This document shows, piece after piece, positions 12,701 to 27,200 of a stretch of DNA of 64,000 bases (position 1 is the stretch's first letter; the number at the start of each line of letters is the position of its first letter). The stretch comes from Paragordius varius (lineage: Eukaryota > Animalia > Nematomorpha): assembly GCA_964247055.1 (NCBI GenBank), contig OZ176058.1, positions 124,001 through 188,000 on the forward strand, in the 5' to 3' direction. A program made the position numbers and the translations under genes. The notes beneath the pieces were generated by a model that saw only the letters and a list, made by a program, of their open reading frames with translations, had not been told where the DNA came from and ran no database searches.

Positions 12701-15700
12701 AAAATATATTTTAAAACTCCTAATATCTTATAATTTTGTATTAATATATGAATATATTGAAATTGTTTAAAAAAATTATAAAATTTATATGTTTTTTGGA
12801 TTTAAGTTAAGTTATGTTAAATTAAATAATTCTTGAAAATATAAAATGTATTTATTATTACTTCTTCGTTTAATCTTTATATATTATCATTTTTTTGATA
12901 GTTTCAAAATATTTTCCTTTTAATTATTTTTCAACAAAAAAATATAATAATTCAAAAGTTATTTAAAGAATGGAATTTTCGATAAAATAAAAAATAAAAA
13001 TTTCAAGTATATTTATAGATTAAATAAATAAATATAATTTTTATACGCAAATTTGTTTTTACGTTGTTCATCTATTATTCAAAGAATCTATCGAATTAAT
13101 AATAATTATTATCAAAAAATTAAAAAACTATTTTTATTTTTTAACAAATTTATATTTATTAAAAAAACCAAAAAAATCCAAATATAATTTTAGAGAATTA
13201 TTGATAATAAAGAAAATAAAATAGTTAAAAAATGCGAATTTTGATAATTTTTATTTAAATTTTAAATATTAAACAAAAAATAAATTATCAAAATATACCA
13301 TTTACAATTCTAATTCACCTTTAAACAATTCAAATTCACCCTCGAACAATTTAAACCCTTAAATAAAATATGTTTTTTGAGATTAAAAATTACCTATATT
13401 TTTATATATTTTTAAAAAATAAAAACTTTATTTTAAATACTGCAAAAAAATATTAAATGCCCCATAAAGATATATTTCATATAATTAATAAGTAATAATA
13501 GCTTCCCGAAAAGACATAATTTATTTTTAGGGTGAATTTGAATTGTTAAATGGTGAATTTGGAACTGTTTAAGGATAAATTTGAATTATTTAAGGGTATT
13601 TAAATTATTCAAGGGGGTAAATTCGAATTGTTTAAGGGTTAATTTGATGTGTAAATGTTATATATTAAAAATCATAAACAGTATAGGGTTTTAAAATAAC
13701 AATATTTGTCTTTATATATTTATTTACGTTTTGTCAGTATAATTTTAGTAATTACTGTAAAATGTTTTAATTATATTTATATTTTAGATAATATATAACT
13801 AGTTAAACAAATTAAATTTATTCCATAATAAACTATGAAAATAAAAAATTAATCTATATTAATTGATTAATTTAATTAAATTAAACAAAAAAATGATAAT
13901 AAATTTAAAATTTTCACTCAAATGAAAAAAATTCCAAAAAAAATTTATTTATAAACTAATTAAAACAATGTAAATTATTTACAAAATCCATAATTCAACA
14001 AATATTTTTACAATTGCCTCATTAAAAACTAGAAAAAAATAAGTATTAAAATCAAAAATATAATTATAATTTAAAAAATCCTTAATTTTACAAATATTTT
14101 TACAATTACCTGAAATTAAAATCCAAAAAAATTATCAATTTAAAAAAATTTCAAAATAAATACGCTTGAAGATCGACATTAAAACAATCCTAAATTATAC
14201 AAACTTTAAACAAAAAACCAAAAAATAAAAATTACAAAATAAAAAAATTCAAAATATATACTCTTGAAGATCGAACTATTATATACAAATATTTCTACAT
14301 TTACTTTGAATAAACCAAAAATAAAAAATTCAAAAATAAAAATCAAAAAATAAGTTTTAAAAATTAAAAATTTTAAAATAAAAAATTCAAAATAAATACT
14401 CTTGAAGATCGAACATTAAAACAATATACAAATATTTTTACATTAACTTTAAACTAAAAACCAAAAAATAAATTAAAAACTAAAATAAAAAAATAAAAAA
14501 TTTAAAAATAAATACTGATAATTTAAAAAAACAAATAATTAAAATATTTTTACATTAACTTTAAACTAAAAACCAAAAAATAAGTATCAATATCAAAAAT
14601 ATTATTTTAGAAAATTATATAATATAAAAAAAACAAATAATTAAAAAATGTAAAATGTGACTAATTTTGAACTAAAAATTAAAAACCAATATTATCAAAA
14701 AATAAAAAATTAAAATATAAAAATATACTTCTGAAGATCAAACATTAAAACAATATTTAATTATACAAATATTTCTACATTAAATTTAAAAATCAAAAAA
14801 CTAAAATCAAAAACCAAAAAATAAGTTTTAAAATTACTGATAATTTTAAAAATCCAAATTATAACTAATTTTGAAATATTTTTTTTCAACCAAAAAATAA
14901 CTATAAAATCAAAAATAAAAAAATAAGTATAAAAACCAAAAAATAAAATAAAAAAATACTCTTGAAGATCGAACAATAGAGCCTAAATCCTTAATTATAA
15001 AAATATTTCTTTATTAACTTAAACTAAAAACCAAAAAAAAACTAAAATCAAATAAGTTTTAAAAAATTACTGATAATTTAAAAATCCAAATTATAACTAA
15101 TTTTAATTCAAAATATTTTTTTCAACCAAAAAATAATTATAAAATCAAAAATATCTCAAAATTCAAAAAATAAAATAAAAAAATACTCTTGAAGATCGAA
15201 CTATAGACCCTTAATCCTATATACAAATATTTCTACAATTACCTTGAATTAAAAACTAAAAAATAAATAAAAAAATTAAAAATCCAAAAAAAATTAATTA
15301 TCAATAAATTATTAAATCCAAAAAATTTTAAAATAAATACTCTTGAAGATCGAATTAAATACTGATAATTTAAAAATCCAAATTCTAACTAATTTTAATT
15401 TGAAATATTTTTTTCAACCAAAAATTAACTATAAAATCAAAAATAAAATTACAAAAAATAAAAAAATATAATTTTAGAAAATTACTCTTGAAGATCGAAC
15501 TATAAAAAATCCTTATTTTACAAATATTTTGACATTAACTTAAATAAAAAATAAAAAATCATTATCAAAATTAAAAAATAAGTATAAAAATCAAAAAATA
15601 AATAATTAAAATATTTTTACATTTACTTTAAACCAAAAACTAAAATAAAAAACTAAAATAAAAAAATAAAAACTAAAAATTAAAATAAAAAAATTTAAAA

Positions 15701-18700
15701 TAAATACTCTAGAAGATCGAACTATAGAGCCTAGATCTGAGTAAAGGTCAGAACTTTGCGGGCAATGTTGTAAAACTATGTCACACACATGGAATAGCAA
15801 ACTTTGTTTCGTTACAGTATCTTTGATTTCTGGTAATTTCCCCAAATATTCAATGTGGAAACCAAAACACTAATAAAAATAAAAAAAGTAAAATTAATTT
15901 TTGAAAAAAAAATAATTTTCGAAAATATAAAATGAAAACTTAAAAAGTAAAAATTAAAATAAATTTAATTTTTTTGAAAAAATTTTTTATAAATTAAATC
16001 ATAAAACTATATTTGATTAAACTTAAAACAAAAAATTAAATATCTTTGATTTCTGGTAATTTCCCCAAATATTCAATGTGGAAACCAAAACACTAATAAA
16101 AAACCTAAAATAAATTTAATTTTCGAAAAAAAATGTTATAAATTAAATCATAAAACTATATTTGATTAAACTTATTATTTTGTATTGCTTAATATGGAAT
16201 AAAAAAAGTATCCATACTTTTTAAAACTTGATTTTTAAATCAGTGTTTAAATTCCAAAGTATAAAAAAATTTAAAAAGTTAATTAAATTTCGAAACAAAA
16301 TGTTATTTATAAGAAAATCATAAAACTATATTTGATCAAACTTAATAATATGGAATAAAAAAAAGTATAGTATCTTTGATTTCAGGTAATTTCCCCAAAT
16401 ATTCAATGTGGAAACCAAAACACTAATAAATATAAAAAAATAAGAAATAAAAGTAAAAATTGAAATATCGAAAATTTTTTTTATAAAATATTCTTAAAAT
16501 AAAAATAAAAATTAAAATAAATTTATTTTTGAAAATAATAATGTATTATAATAATCATAAAAAAACTTAAAATAAAAAATTAAAAAATATCTTTGATTTC
16601 TGGTAATTTCCCCAAATATTCAATGTGGAAACCAAAACACTAATAAAAAGAAAAATAAAATTAATTTTCGAAAAAAAAATGTTATAAATAATCTCAAGAA
16701 AACTTAAAATAAAAATTAAAATCTTTAATTTTCGAGAAATAATTTTAATGTGGAAACCAAAACACTAATAAAAATATAAAAAGTAAAAATTAATTTAAAA
16801 AAAAATGTTATAAATAATCTCAAGAAAACTTTAAATAAAAATTAAAATCTTTAATTTTCGAGAAATAATTTTAATGTGGAAACCAAAACACTAATAAAAA
16901 TATAAAAAGTAAAAATAAAATTAATTTTCGAGAAAAATGTTTTAAAAAATCATAAGAAAAACTAAATTTGATTAAACTTAATAATATGGCATAAAAAAAG
17001 TATAGTAAAATTTGATTTCTGGTAATTTGCACAAATATTCAATATGGAAACCAAAACACTAATTAAAATATAAAATAAGTAAAAAGTGAAATTAATTTTT
17101 GAGAATTTTTTTTATAAATTATGAAAAAAAGATAACCTTAAAATAAATAATTAAAAAATATCTTTGATTTCTGGTAATTTCGACAAATATTCAATGTGGA
17201 AACCAAAACACTAAATAAAAAATATAAAAAAAGTAAAAACTGAATTTTTAGAAAATTTTTTTATAAAATATTCATTATAAAAAATAATTAAAAATAAAAG
17301 TGAATTTATATTTTGAGAAAAAATCTTATAAATAATCTCAAGAAAATTTAAAATAAAAAATTAAAAAGTATCTTTAATTTCTGGTAATTTTGACAAATAT
17401 TCAATGTGGAAACCAAAACACTAATAAAAATAAAATTAAAATAAATTTAATTTTTGAAAAATAAATAATTTTCGAAAATATAAAATGAAAAAAAAATAAA
17501 ATAGAGTAAAAATAGAATTATAAATAATCTCAAGAAAACTTAAAATAAAAAATTAAAAAATATCTTTGATTTCTGGTAATTTCGACAAATATTCAATGTG
17601 GAAATTAAAACACTAATAAAATAAAAATATAAAAAGTAAAATTTATTTTCGTAAAATTTTTTTATAAAATAATCATAAGAAAACTATATTTGATTAAACT
17701 TAAAATATAAAATTAAAAAGTATCTTTGATTTCAGGCAATTTCCCCAAATATTCAATGTGGAAACCAAAACACTATTAAAAATAAAAGTAAAAATAAGAA
17801 AAAAATTTTTTAATCATGAAAAAAAATAAAATAAGTAAAAAGTGAAATTATAGTATGGATCTTAGAAAAATGTTATAAAATAATCATAAGAAAACTTTAA
17901 AATAAAAATAAAAGTAAATTTAATTTTTTCAAAAAAAAATGCTATAAAATAATCAAAAAAAAAATAAAAGTAAAATCAATTTTCGAAAAAAAAATGCTAA
18001 ATAATCATAAGAAAACTAACTGTATTTTGATTCATCGTATAATTTTAGATTGTATAATATGGCATAAAAAAGTATATAGTAAAATTGAGATTACTATATG
18101 TTTTAGTTTATTATATTATAAAAAAAAATTTTAACATTACTCTATATTAACTTACGAAATTCAAAGTAGTTTTTACTGTAATAAGCTAAATTTAATTTTG
18201 TTTGGCTATTATTACAGTAAAAAGTGAATTTATACTACGGACAAAAGCTAAAAATATAAAGGCAAATATAAGTTTTTCAAAAATCACCCATACATATTAA
18301 ATCGTGTTAATTAAGTTTATAATTTTTTGTTTTAAACTGCAAATTATATAAAATAGAGATGTATATTGGTAACATAATCAATTAAATATTTTAGACTTGT
18401 TATTAAGTATTTTAATAAAAGATTAATTTAGGGTTAAAAAAAGTATAATCGTTTTTTGAAAAAAAAATTTGTCTTTATACTTTACGTTTTGTCCATGTAT
18501 AATTTCAATTTTTACTGTATAATCACCATTTCTACGATAAAACTGTGGAATTTTTTAAAAAAGATTAGATTTTTATTTAACAATGTTTACCCTTTTGTTT
18601 CAACTTTCTCAGAGTATCCCAAAATGTATTAAGTATATATATAATCTGATATAAAAGTAGGTTTTTTTCAATTATATTAAGAAATATCATAAAAATAAAA

Positions 18701-21700
18701 AATTTACACTTTTTAGCAAAAAAGTGCAGTTACTATTTAACAAAACCCAGTAAAATTTATTAAATTTCACCCTAAAATAATTAAAATAAACCTGAGTTCC
18801 ATTCAAAAAATTTCCAACAGCCAGACACACATTAAGGATAAGTGGGAGAGTTTTATTGTTTTTCAACTCTTCAATCCCATTCAATAAATCCATCAATGGT
18901 TCTGCAATATCCTATATATATATATATATATCATAAAAATGATAAATAGATGGCTCATTTATAACTTAAGTGGTGATATATATTTTTAGAAGGTATCCAT
19001 TAGATTTTGGTACTTATTAAATTAAACGAGAATATATCTGTTTTGCTTATAATATACCATTTACAGTTCGAAATCACCCTTAAACAATTCAAATTCACCT
19101 TTGAACAATTGAAATTTACCCTCAATTAAAATAAACTTTAAGATTAAAAATTACCTATATTTCGATATATTTTTAACAAATGTAATGTTTTAGAAAATTA
19201 AAAAATAGTGAAATAATAAACTACGCCATTAAGGTATATTTAATATTAATAGTGAGTTATATTAGCCGTTCAAAAACACATACTTTATTTTTAGGTAAAT
19301 TTGAATTGTTCGAAGGTGAATTCGAACTGTAAATGGTATAACATTTATATAACCAATTTTATATAAAAAATCTTTATGTTGTAGTTTATTTAATTTATCA
19401 AAACTATTATATTTTATAAAAAATATTAAAAGTTTAAATGCCTATATCTTGAAAAAATTTTGTATCTTTCATTTTTTAAATAAATTAAGTGAATTACTAT
19501 TAAGTTTGCAAATTCTAATTTACATATTTTCAATATACATTTTAATGGCTGTTTGATTCACACTACAGTAGGACAATTTTAAACACAGTAATTTATGGAA
19601 AAAAACAACAAAATTAAAAATAAATAATTATTTCCAATTTTTTTTCCATACACTAAATACTGTGTTGTCAATTGCCCCCAACTATAGTGTGAAATAATCA
19701 ACCATTAAAATGCATACAGTAATAAACTAAATTTTATTTTATAGAAAGATAAAAAAATATCCTCTATATCGCTTACTAATTAGGTTCAAAGAAAAATTTG
19801 AAAAAACTTACATTAAAAATATAAAATTCTATTATAATTTTAGGCCTAATTTATTGACCCTTTTTAAATTTAAAATTTCAAAAAAAATTTTAAAAAGGGT
19901 AAAATATTACCCTTAAAAATAATTAAATATTTTAAAAACATTTAAAATTGGAAGTTTAAAAGTTATTTAAGTTAATAAAGAAATATAATTTATTAAATTT
20001 TCTAAAATAAAATATTCTTCAAATCATTAATTTATCTAAAAAAGAATTGAACAATTACCCCCTTTCTATTCTTTTATACCCGTGATATAAACCAAATGTT
20101 TTTTCGAATAAAAGCAGTTAATATTTAATGTTATCCAATAAAAATTTAAAATATATTTTCTCAAAATAATTTGATAAAATATAGAAAATAAATATTTACA
20201 AAAAAGGGTAAAATATTACCCTTTCTATGGTTTTTATACGCGAGATAAATAATAAATCCAAATTTGATTATTAATATATATGTTATTTTCAGAATTTAAT
20301 TCAAGGTTTAAGTTATGAAAATTAAAAATAATTTTTTTAAACTTTTAAAAAGAAATTTTTGCAAAAAGGGTAAAAAGTAACCCTTTCTATGGTTTCATAT
20401 TTGAGATTATCCAATATACAATGTTATCCATACAAATATAAAATATATTTGTTTAAAATGATTTTTTTTCTGGGGTAAAAAATTACCCTTTCTATGGTTT
20501 CATATTTGATTAATATATATATATATATATATATTATAATCAGCCATAAATTTAAGGTTTTTATGAAATTTTTTAAAAAAATTGAAATTTTAAAAATAAA
20601 TTTTTACAAAAAAAGGGTAAAAAAATTACCCTTTCTATACTTTTACACCGGAGATAAATAATATATATGTTATTTACAGATTTAAATTACAATCCGTCAT
20701 AACTTTAAGGTTTAAGTTATGAAAATTTAAAATAGTTTTTGTGAACATTAAAAAACAAGTATTTACTAAAAGGGGTAAAAAATTACCCTTTCTATGGTTT
20801 CATTATCGAGATAAATAATATATATGTTATTTTTAGATCTTAAAAGGTTTAAGTTATGAAAATTTAGAACAATTTTTTAAACTTTTAAAAACAAGTATTT
20901 ACTAAAAGGGTAAGATTTTACCCTTTCTATCTTTAAACCGAGATAATTAATATATGTTATCTTTAGATTTCACGCCATAACTTTAAAGTTTTTATGAAAA
21001 TCTTTTAAAATGATTTTTTTAAACTTTTAAGAACATTTTTTTTTCTTAAAAAATCTAAAAAAGGGGTAAAAAATTACCCTTTCTATGGTTTCATATTTGA
21101 GATTATCAATATATATGTTATTTTTGGATTTCAAATTACAATCCATTATAACTTTAAAGTTTTTATGAAAATTTAAAATAATTTTTTTAAACTTTTAAAA
21201 ATAAATTTTTACAAAAAGGGGTAAAATATTACTCTTTCTATGGTTTAATATTTGAGATTATTAATATACAATGTTATCCATAAAAATTTAAAATATATTT
21301 CATTAAAATGATTTTTTTTAAAAACAAGTGTTTACTAAAAGGGGTAAAAAATTACCCTTTCTATGGTTTCATATTTGAGATTATCAATATACAATGTTAT
21401 CCATAAAAATTTAAAATATATTTCTTTAAATGTTTTTTTCTCAAAAAATCTAAAAAAGGGGTAAAAAATTACCCTTTCTTTTTCCTTTTATACCCGTGAT
21501 AAATAATATATATGTTATTTTCAGAATTTGAATTAAGGTTTTTATAAAAATTTAAGATTTTTTGAACTTTAAAAAACAAAAATTATCCTTCTATCCTTTT
21601 TATACCCGCGATAAATAATATATATATTATTTTCAGAATTAAAATTAAGGTTTAAGTTATGAAATTTTAAAATAATTTTTTTGAACTAATTTTTACAAAA

Positions 21701-24215
21701 AAGGGTAAAATATTACACTTTCTATGGTTTCATATTTGAGATTATCAATATACAATGTTATCCATAAAAATTTAAAATATATTTCTTTAAAATGATTTTT
21801 TTTCTCAAAAAATCTAAAAAAGGGTAAAATATTATCATTTCTATGGTTAAATAATATATATGTTATTTACAGAATTTAAATTAAGGTTTAAGTTATGAAA
21901 ATTTAAAATAATTTTTTAAACTTTTAAAAACAAAATTTTACAAAAAGGGTTAAAAATTACCCTTTCTATTTTTTTATACCCTAGATAAATAATATAAATG
22001 TTATTTACAGATTTAAATTAAGGTTTAAATTATGAAAATTTAAAATAATTTTTTTTGAACTTTTAAAATCGCAAAATTTTTACAAAAAGGGTAAAATATT
22101 ACCTTTTCTATAGTTTCATATTTGAGATTATCAATCAATGTTATCCATAAAAATTTTTTAAGTTATAATAATTTAAAATAATTTTTTTAAACTTTTAATA
22201 ATAAATGTAAAAATATTACTTCGCATATATTCTAAATATAAAATTTAAAAGGTTATTTTCAAAAAAAATAATATTTATTATCTTTATTTAATTTTTTAAA
22301 AAATCAAAAAAGGGGTAAAAAATTCAATGGTTTCATATTTGAGATTATCAATATACAATGTTATCCATAAAAATTTAAAATATATTTCTTTAAAATGATT
22401 TTTTTTCTTAAAAAATCTAAAAAAGTGTAAAAAATTACCCTTTCTATGGTTTCATAATCGAGTTTATTAATATAAATGTTATTTTTAGATTTCAAATTAC
22501 AATTCGCCATAACTTTAAAGTTTTTATTAAAATTTAAAATGATTTTTTTGAACTTTTAAAAATAAATGTAAAAATATTACTTCACATATATTCTAAATAT
22601 AAAGTTTAAAGGTTATTTTCAAAAAAAAAGATAATATTAATTATCTTTATTTATTAAAAAGATAATTTTTAAACTTTTAAAAACAAATTTATTTGAATTT
22701 TTACAAAAAAGGGTAAAAAATTACCCTTTCTATGGTTTTATACCCATTTAGTTAGTTTTGGATTTTAAATTACAATCAGCCATAATTTTAAGAAATTTAT
22801 AAAAATTTAAAATATTTTTTCAAAATAATTTGAAATCTTGATTTTTTTATTCTAAAAAAGGAGTAAAAAATTACCCTTTCTATGGTTTCGTAATCTAGTT
22901 TAAAAGGTTATTTTTAAAAAAAGATAATATTTATTATCTTTATTTATTAAAAAAATTGAACTTTTAAAAACAAGTATTTACTAAAAGTGGTAAAAATTTA
23001 CCCTTTCTATGGTTTCATAATCGAATCGAGATAAATAATATAGTTATTTACAAATTTCAAATATAAAGTTTTTATTAATTTCTTTAAAAAAATTAAAAAA
23101 GAAATTTTTACAAAAAAGGGGTAAAAAATTACCCTTTCTATGGTTTCATATTTGAGATTATCAATATACAATGTTATCCATAAAAATTTAAAATATATTT
23201 CTTCAAAATGATTTTCTTTCTTAAAAAATCTAAAAAAGGGTAAAATATTACCCTTTCTATGGTTTCATATTTGAGATTATCAATATACAATGGTATCCAT
23301 AAAAATTTAAAGTATATTTCTTTAAAATGATTTTTTTTTCTTAAAAAATCTAAAAAAGGGGTAAAATATTACCCTTTCTATGGTTTCATAATCGAGTTTA
23401 AAGGCCCAGAGTTTAAGTCTGGCCTCTAACTCGCTCACACTACTGAGAGTTAACAAAAATTGTTCGGCCGTTCCTAGAGGAAGTTCGGGACTTGCCAGCT
23501 GGGCCTCCAAAATCAGCTGTTTTTCTTCTTCACTTGGGATCATGGTTGACAGAATTTTCTAGAAAACAATTAAAAAATAATTGTAATTTTTTAAAAAAAA
23601 ATTGGTTTTTTTTAAAATTGTTTTTTTTATAAATAAATAAATAGATGGTAAAAAAAAGTTTTAAAAAGGCAAAATAAAAGCAAAAGTAATATGAAAGTTA
23701 TAGTATTTAAGTTTTTCTTTATAAGAATTATTTTTTTGTGTTTATGAAAATATTCTTTTACGTTCTTTATAGAATTATTTTTTGGTTTATTTGAAAATAT
23801 TTTTGCAACAATGAAAATCTTAAAATTTAAAATATAGTTTAATAAAAAATTTAAAAGCTATTGGCAATTAATAATGACTTACGATATATAAAATATTTTT
23901 ATAAATTTGAAATTCGAAATTTGAAATATTTTATTAATTTAAATTAATCAAAAATAATAAAAAGATTAAAAATTATAAATATTTGATAATATTTAATAAA
24001 AAACCTCAATCCCTTCCCGATTTATAATCCGTTTTATAGATGGAAATATTTATTACATTATATTTTTTTAAAAAGTGTTTTTTATAGATTATTTTTAAAC
24101 AAAAATTCTGAAAAAAATAAATTATCTGAAAAAAGAAATTCCCCAATTTATAATGCAAATTTTGATTTTATAACAAATTTTTCACAATCTAAAACTAAAA
24201 AATTGATTTAAATTT

Positions 24216-24269
<54 letters not shown>

Positions 24270-27200
24270 TTTAGATTTTTTTAATAAATATATCTTTAAA
24301 AAACTGTAAAATTCAAAAAATGTTTTCGCATATTAGTAACATCTTAAAAATTAAATATAGATTATTAATAAAAACAATTTAAATTATTAGATAAAAAAAT
24401 TCTAAAAAAAGTAATTATTAAAAACCTCAATTCCTTCACGATTTATAATGCTCGAATCCATTTTATAGATGGCAGTTTTTATTACATTAAAATCTTTTAA
24501 AATGTTTTTTTATAGAAAGCCTATTTAAAAACAAAAATATACTGAAAATTAAAAATTCAAATATCTGTAAAAAGAAATATGTAAAAAAGTTCCAGATTTA
24601 TAATGCTAAATTTGATTTTATTAAAAAAATTCAGATATAAATAATTTAAATATTTATAATCAATTATTTCTAATGATCAAAATTATCCGAAATTGTTTTC
24701 GCATATTTAACAATTTTATTTATTCAAATAAAAAATTTAAATCTCAATGCCTTCACGGTTTATAATGCTAGAGTTTTTATAAATGGCAGTTTTTATCTTT
24801 GAACTAATTTTTTTTATAAAAAACTTATGCAAAAATTAATCTGAAAAAAAATAAAAAAATCTAAAAAATAAATAAATAAAAAAGAGATCCCAATTAATAA
24901 TGATTTGATTTTATTAAAAAAATTCACATTCTAAAACTAATAATCAAAATTCGACGAAATTGTTTTCAAAACAATTTTATTTATATATTTTAATAAAAAA
25001 TATTATTTAGATTTTTAAATAAATATTTCTGTAAAAATCAAAATTGATTTAATATTTTTTTATAAAATCAATCCCTTCGCGATTTATAATGCTAGAATTC
25101 ATTTTTTAAATGACAGTAAATTACATTCAATAACTTTGAAATAAATTTTTTTTATAAAAAACTTAATTTGAAAACGAAAATTAATCTGAAAAAAATATCA
25201 AAATTTAAAAAATAAAAAAAAAAGATATTTCCAATTTATAATGCTAAATTTGATTTTATCAACAAAATTTTCACAATCTAAAACTAATAATCAAAATTCG
25301 ACGAAATTGTTTCAAAACAATTTTATTTATATATTTTACTAATTTTTTAGATTTTTGATAAATATTCCTCTAAAAATCAAAAATTAATTTGAAAATTTAC
25401 ATTATACTATTTTTTTCTACTATAATTAATTTTTAGATTTTTAATGAATATTTTTCTAAAAATCAAAAATTGATTAAAATATTTTTTTTTATCTAAAAAC
25501 CTCAATTCCTTCGCGATTTATATGCTAAAATCCATTTTATAAATGACAATTCTTATTATCAATATTTTTTAAAAATATTTTTTATAGAAATGTTTATAAA
25601 CAAAAATATTTCTGAAAAAAATATCAAATAAAAAATAAAAAAAAAGATATTTCTAATTTATAATGCTAAATTTGATTTTATCACATTTTCACAATCTAAA
25701 ACTAATAATCAAAATTCGACGAAATTGTTTTCAAAACAATTTTATTTATATATTTTACTAAAATCATATATTTTTTAGATTTTTGATAAATATATAATAT
25801 TTACATTTAAACTATTCTTTTTAACTAATATTGAATATTTTTTAATTTTTTTTATAAATAATTCTCTAAAATCAAAAATATTTTATCAGAAAAAAAAATT
25901 TAAACCTCAATTCCTTCACGAGTTTTTATGTGTCATTTATAAGTTTTTTTAAAATATGCAAATCTTTAAAAATCATAAAAAAAACTATATATATACATAT
26001 ATATTATAAAAATTAACTTAAGTCCAATTTTTAACAATAAAACAATTATTTTTATTAAAATAAAAACTTTTTCATTTATTCAAAAATTATTAAAAATTTA
26101 AACATAAATTTCTTAAAAATTTAAACCTCAATTCCTTCGCGATTTATAATGCTAAACCATTTTATAGATGACAGTAAGTTATTACATTTAAAAAATTAAC
26201 ATTAAACTATTTTTTTTACTAATATTAAATATTTTTTAATAAAAACAAATATTTTTTGGATTTTTAATAAATATTCCCATAAAAAAATATTAATAAATTT
26301 TTTCAATTAATCTAAAAAAATATTTTAAAAAATTCTCAATTCCTTCGCGATTTATAATGCTAGAATCCATTTTATAGATGGTATTTATTACATTTGAAAA
26401 TAACATTTAAACTATTTTTTTACTTAAATTTAATTTTTTAACAAAAATAAATCTGAAAACAATAAAATATCTGAAAAAAGAAATCCCAATTTATAATGCT
26501 AAATTTGATTTTATCACAAAATTTTCACAATCTAAAACTAATAATCAAAATTCAACGAAATTGTTTTCAAAAATATTTTATTTATATATTTTATTAAAAT
26601 CATATATTTTTTAGATTTTTGATAAATATTCCTCTTAAAATCAAAAATTAATTTAAAATATTTACATTTAAACTATTCTTTTTAACTAAATTGAATATTT
26701 TTTTAAATTTTTAATAAATATTTCTCTAAAAATTAAAATTTTATCAGAAAAAAATTTTAAATCCGTAATTTAATAAAAAAACCTCAATTCCTTCACGATT
26801 TATAATACTAGAATCCATTTTATAGATGGCAGTTTTTATGGCCCGGGCTGGGGGTAATTTTGTCATCCCAATGTTAATTGCATTACTGCGTTTACTGTCT
26901 AAAACTAGGATTTGAGATTTTTTGACTTCAGTTTTGTTCTAGCGAAATAAAATGAAAAAATTAGAAAATTTTTATATTTAAATATGAAAATTAGAAAATT
27001 TTTAGTTAAAATCTTAATTTTTAATTTTTGATTACAGTTTTAATCTTAATTTTTAATTATTTTGTTCAAATACAAAATTTTCAATTAATTTTTCTATTTG
27101 AATGAATTACATCGCATAAATATTTAGTTTTAATCTTATATTTTTATTTCAGTTATATTTAATCTTAATTTTTTGATATTAGTTTTGTTCTATAGCCAAT

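Noticed and set aside
7140-26830. Regularly spaced direct repeats resembling CRISPR arrays
   Set aside because: The repeats are copies of FHOD exon junctions, the spacers are long, AT-rich and related to each other, there are no cas genes, and the locus is eukaryotic.
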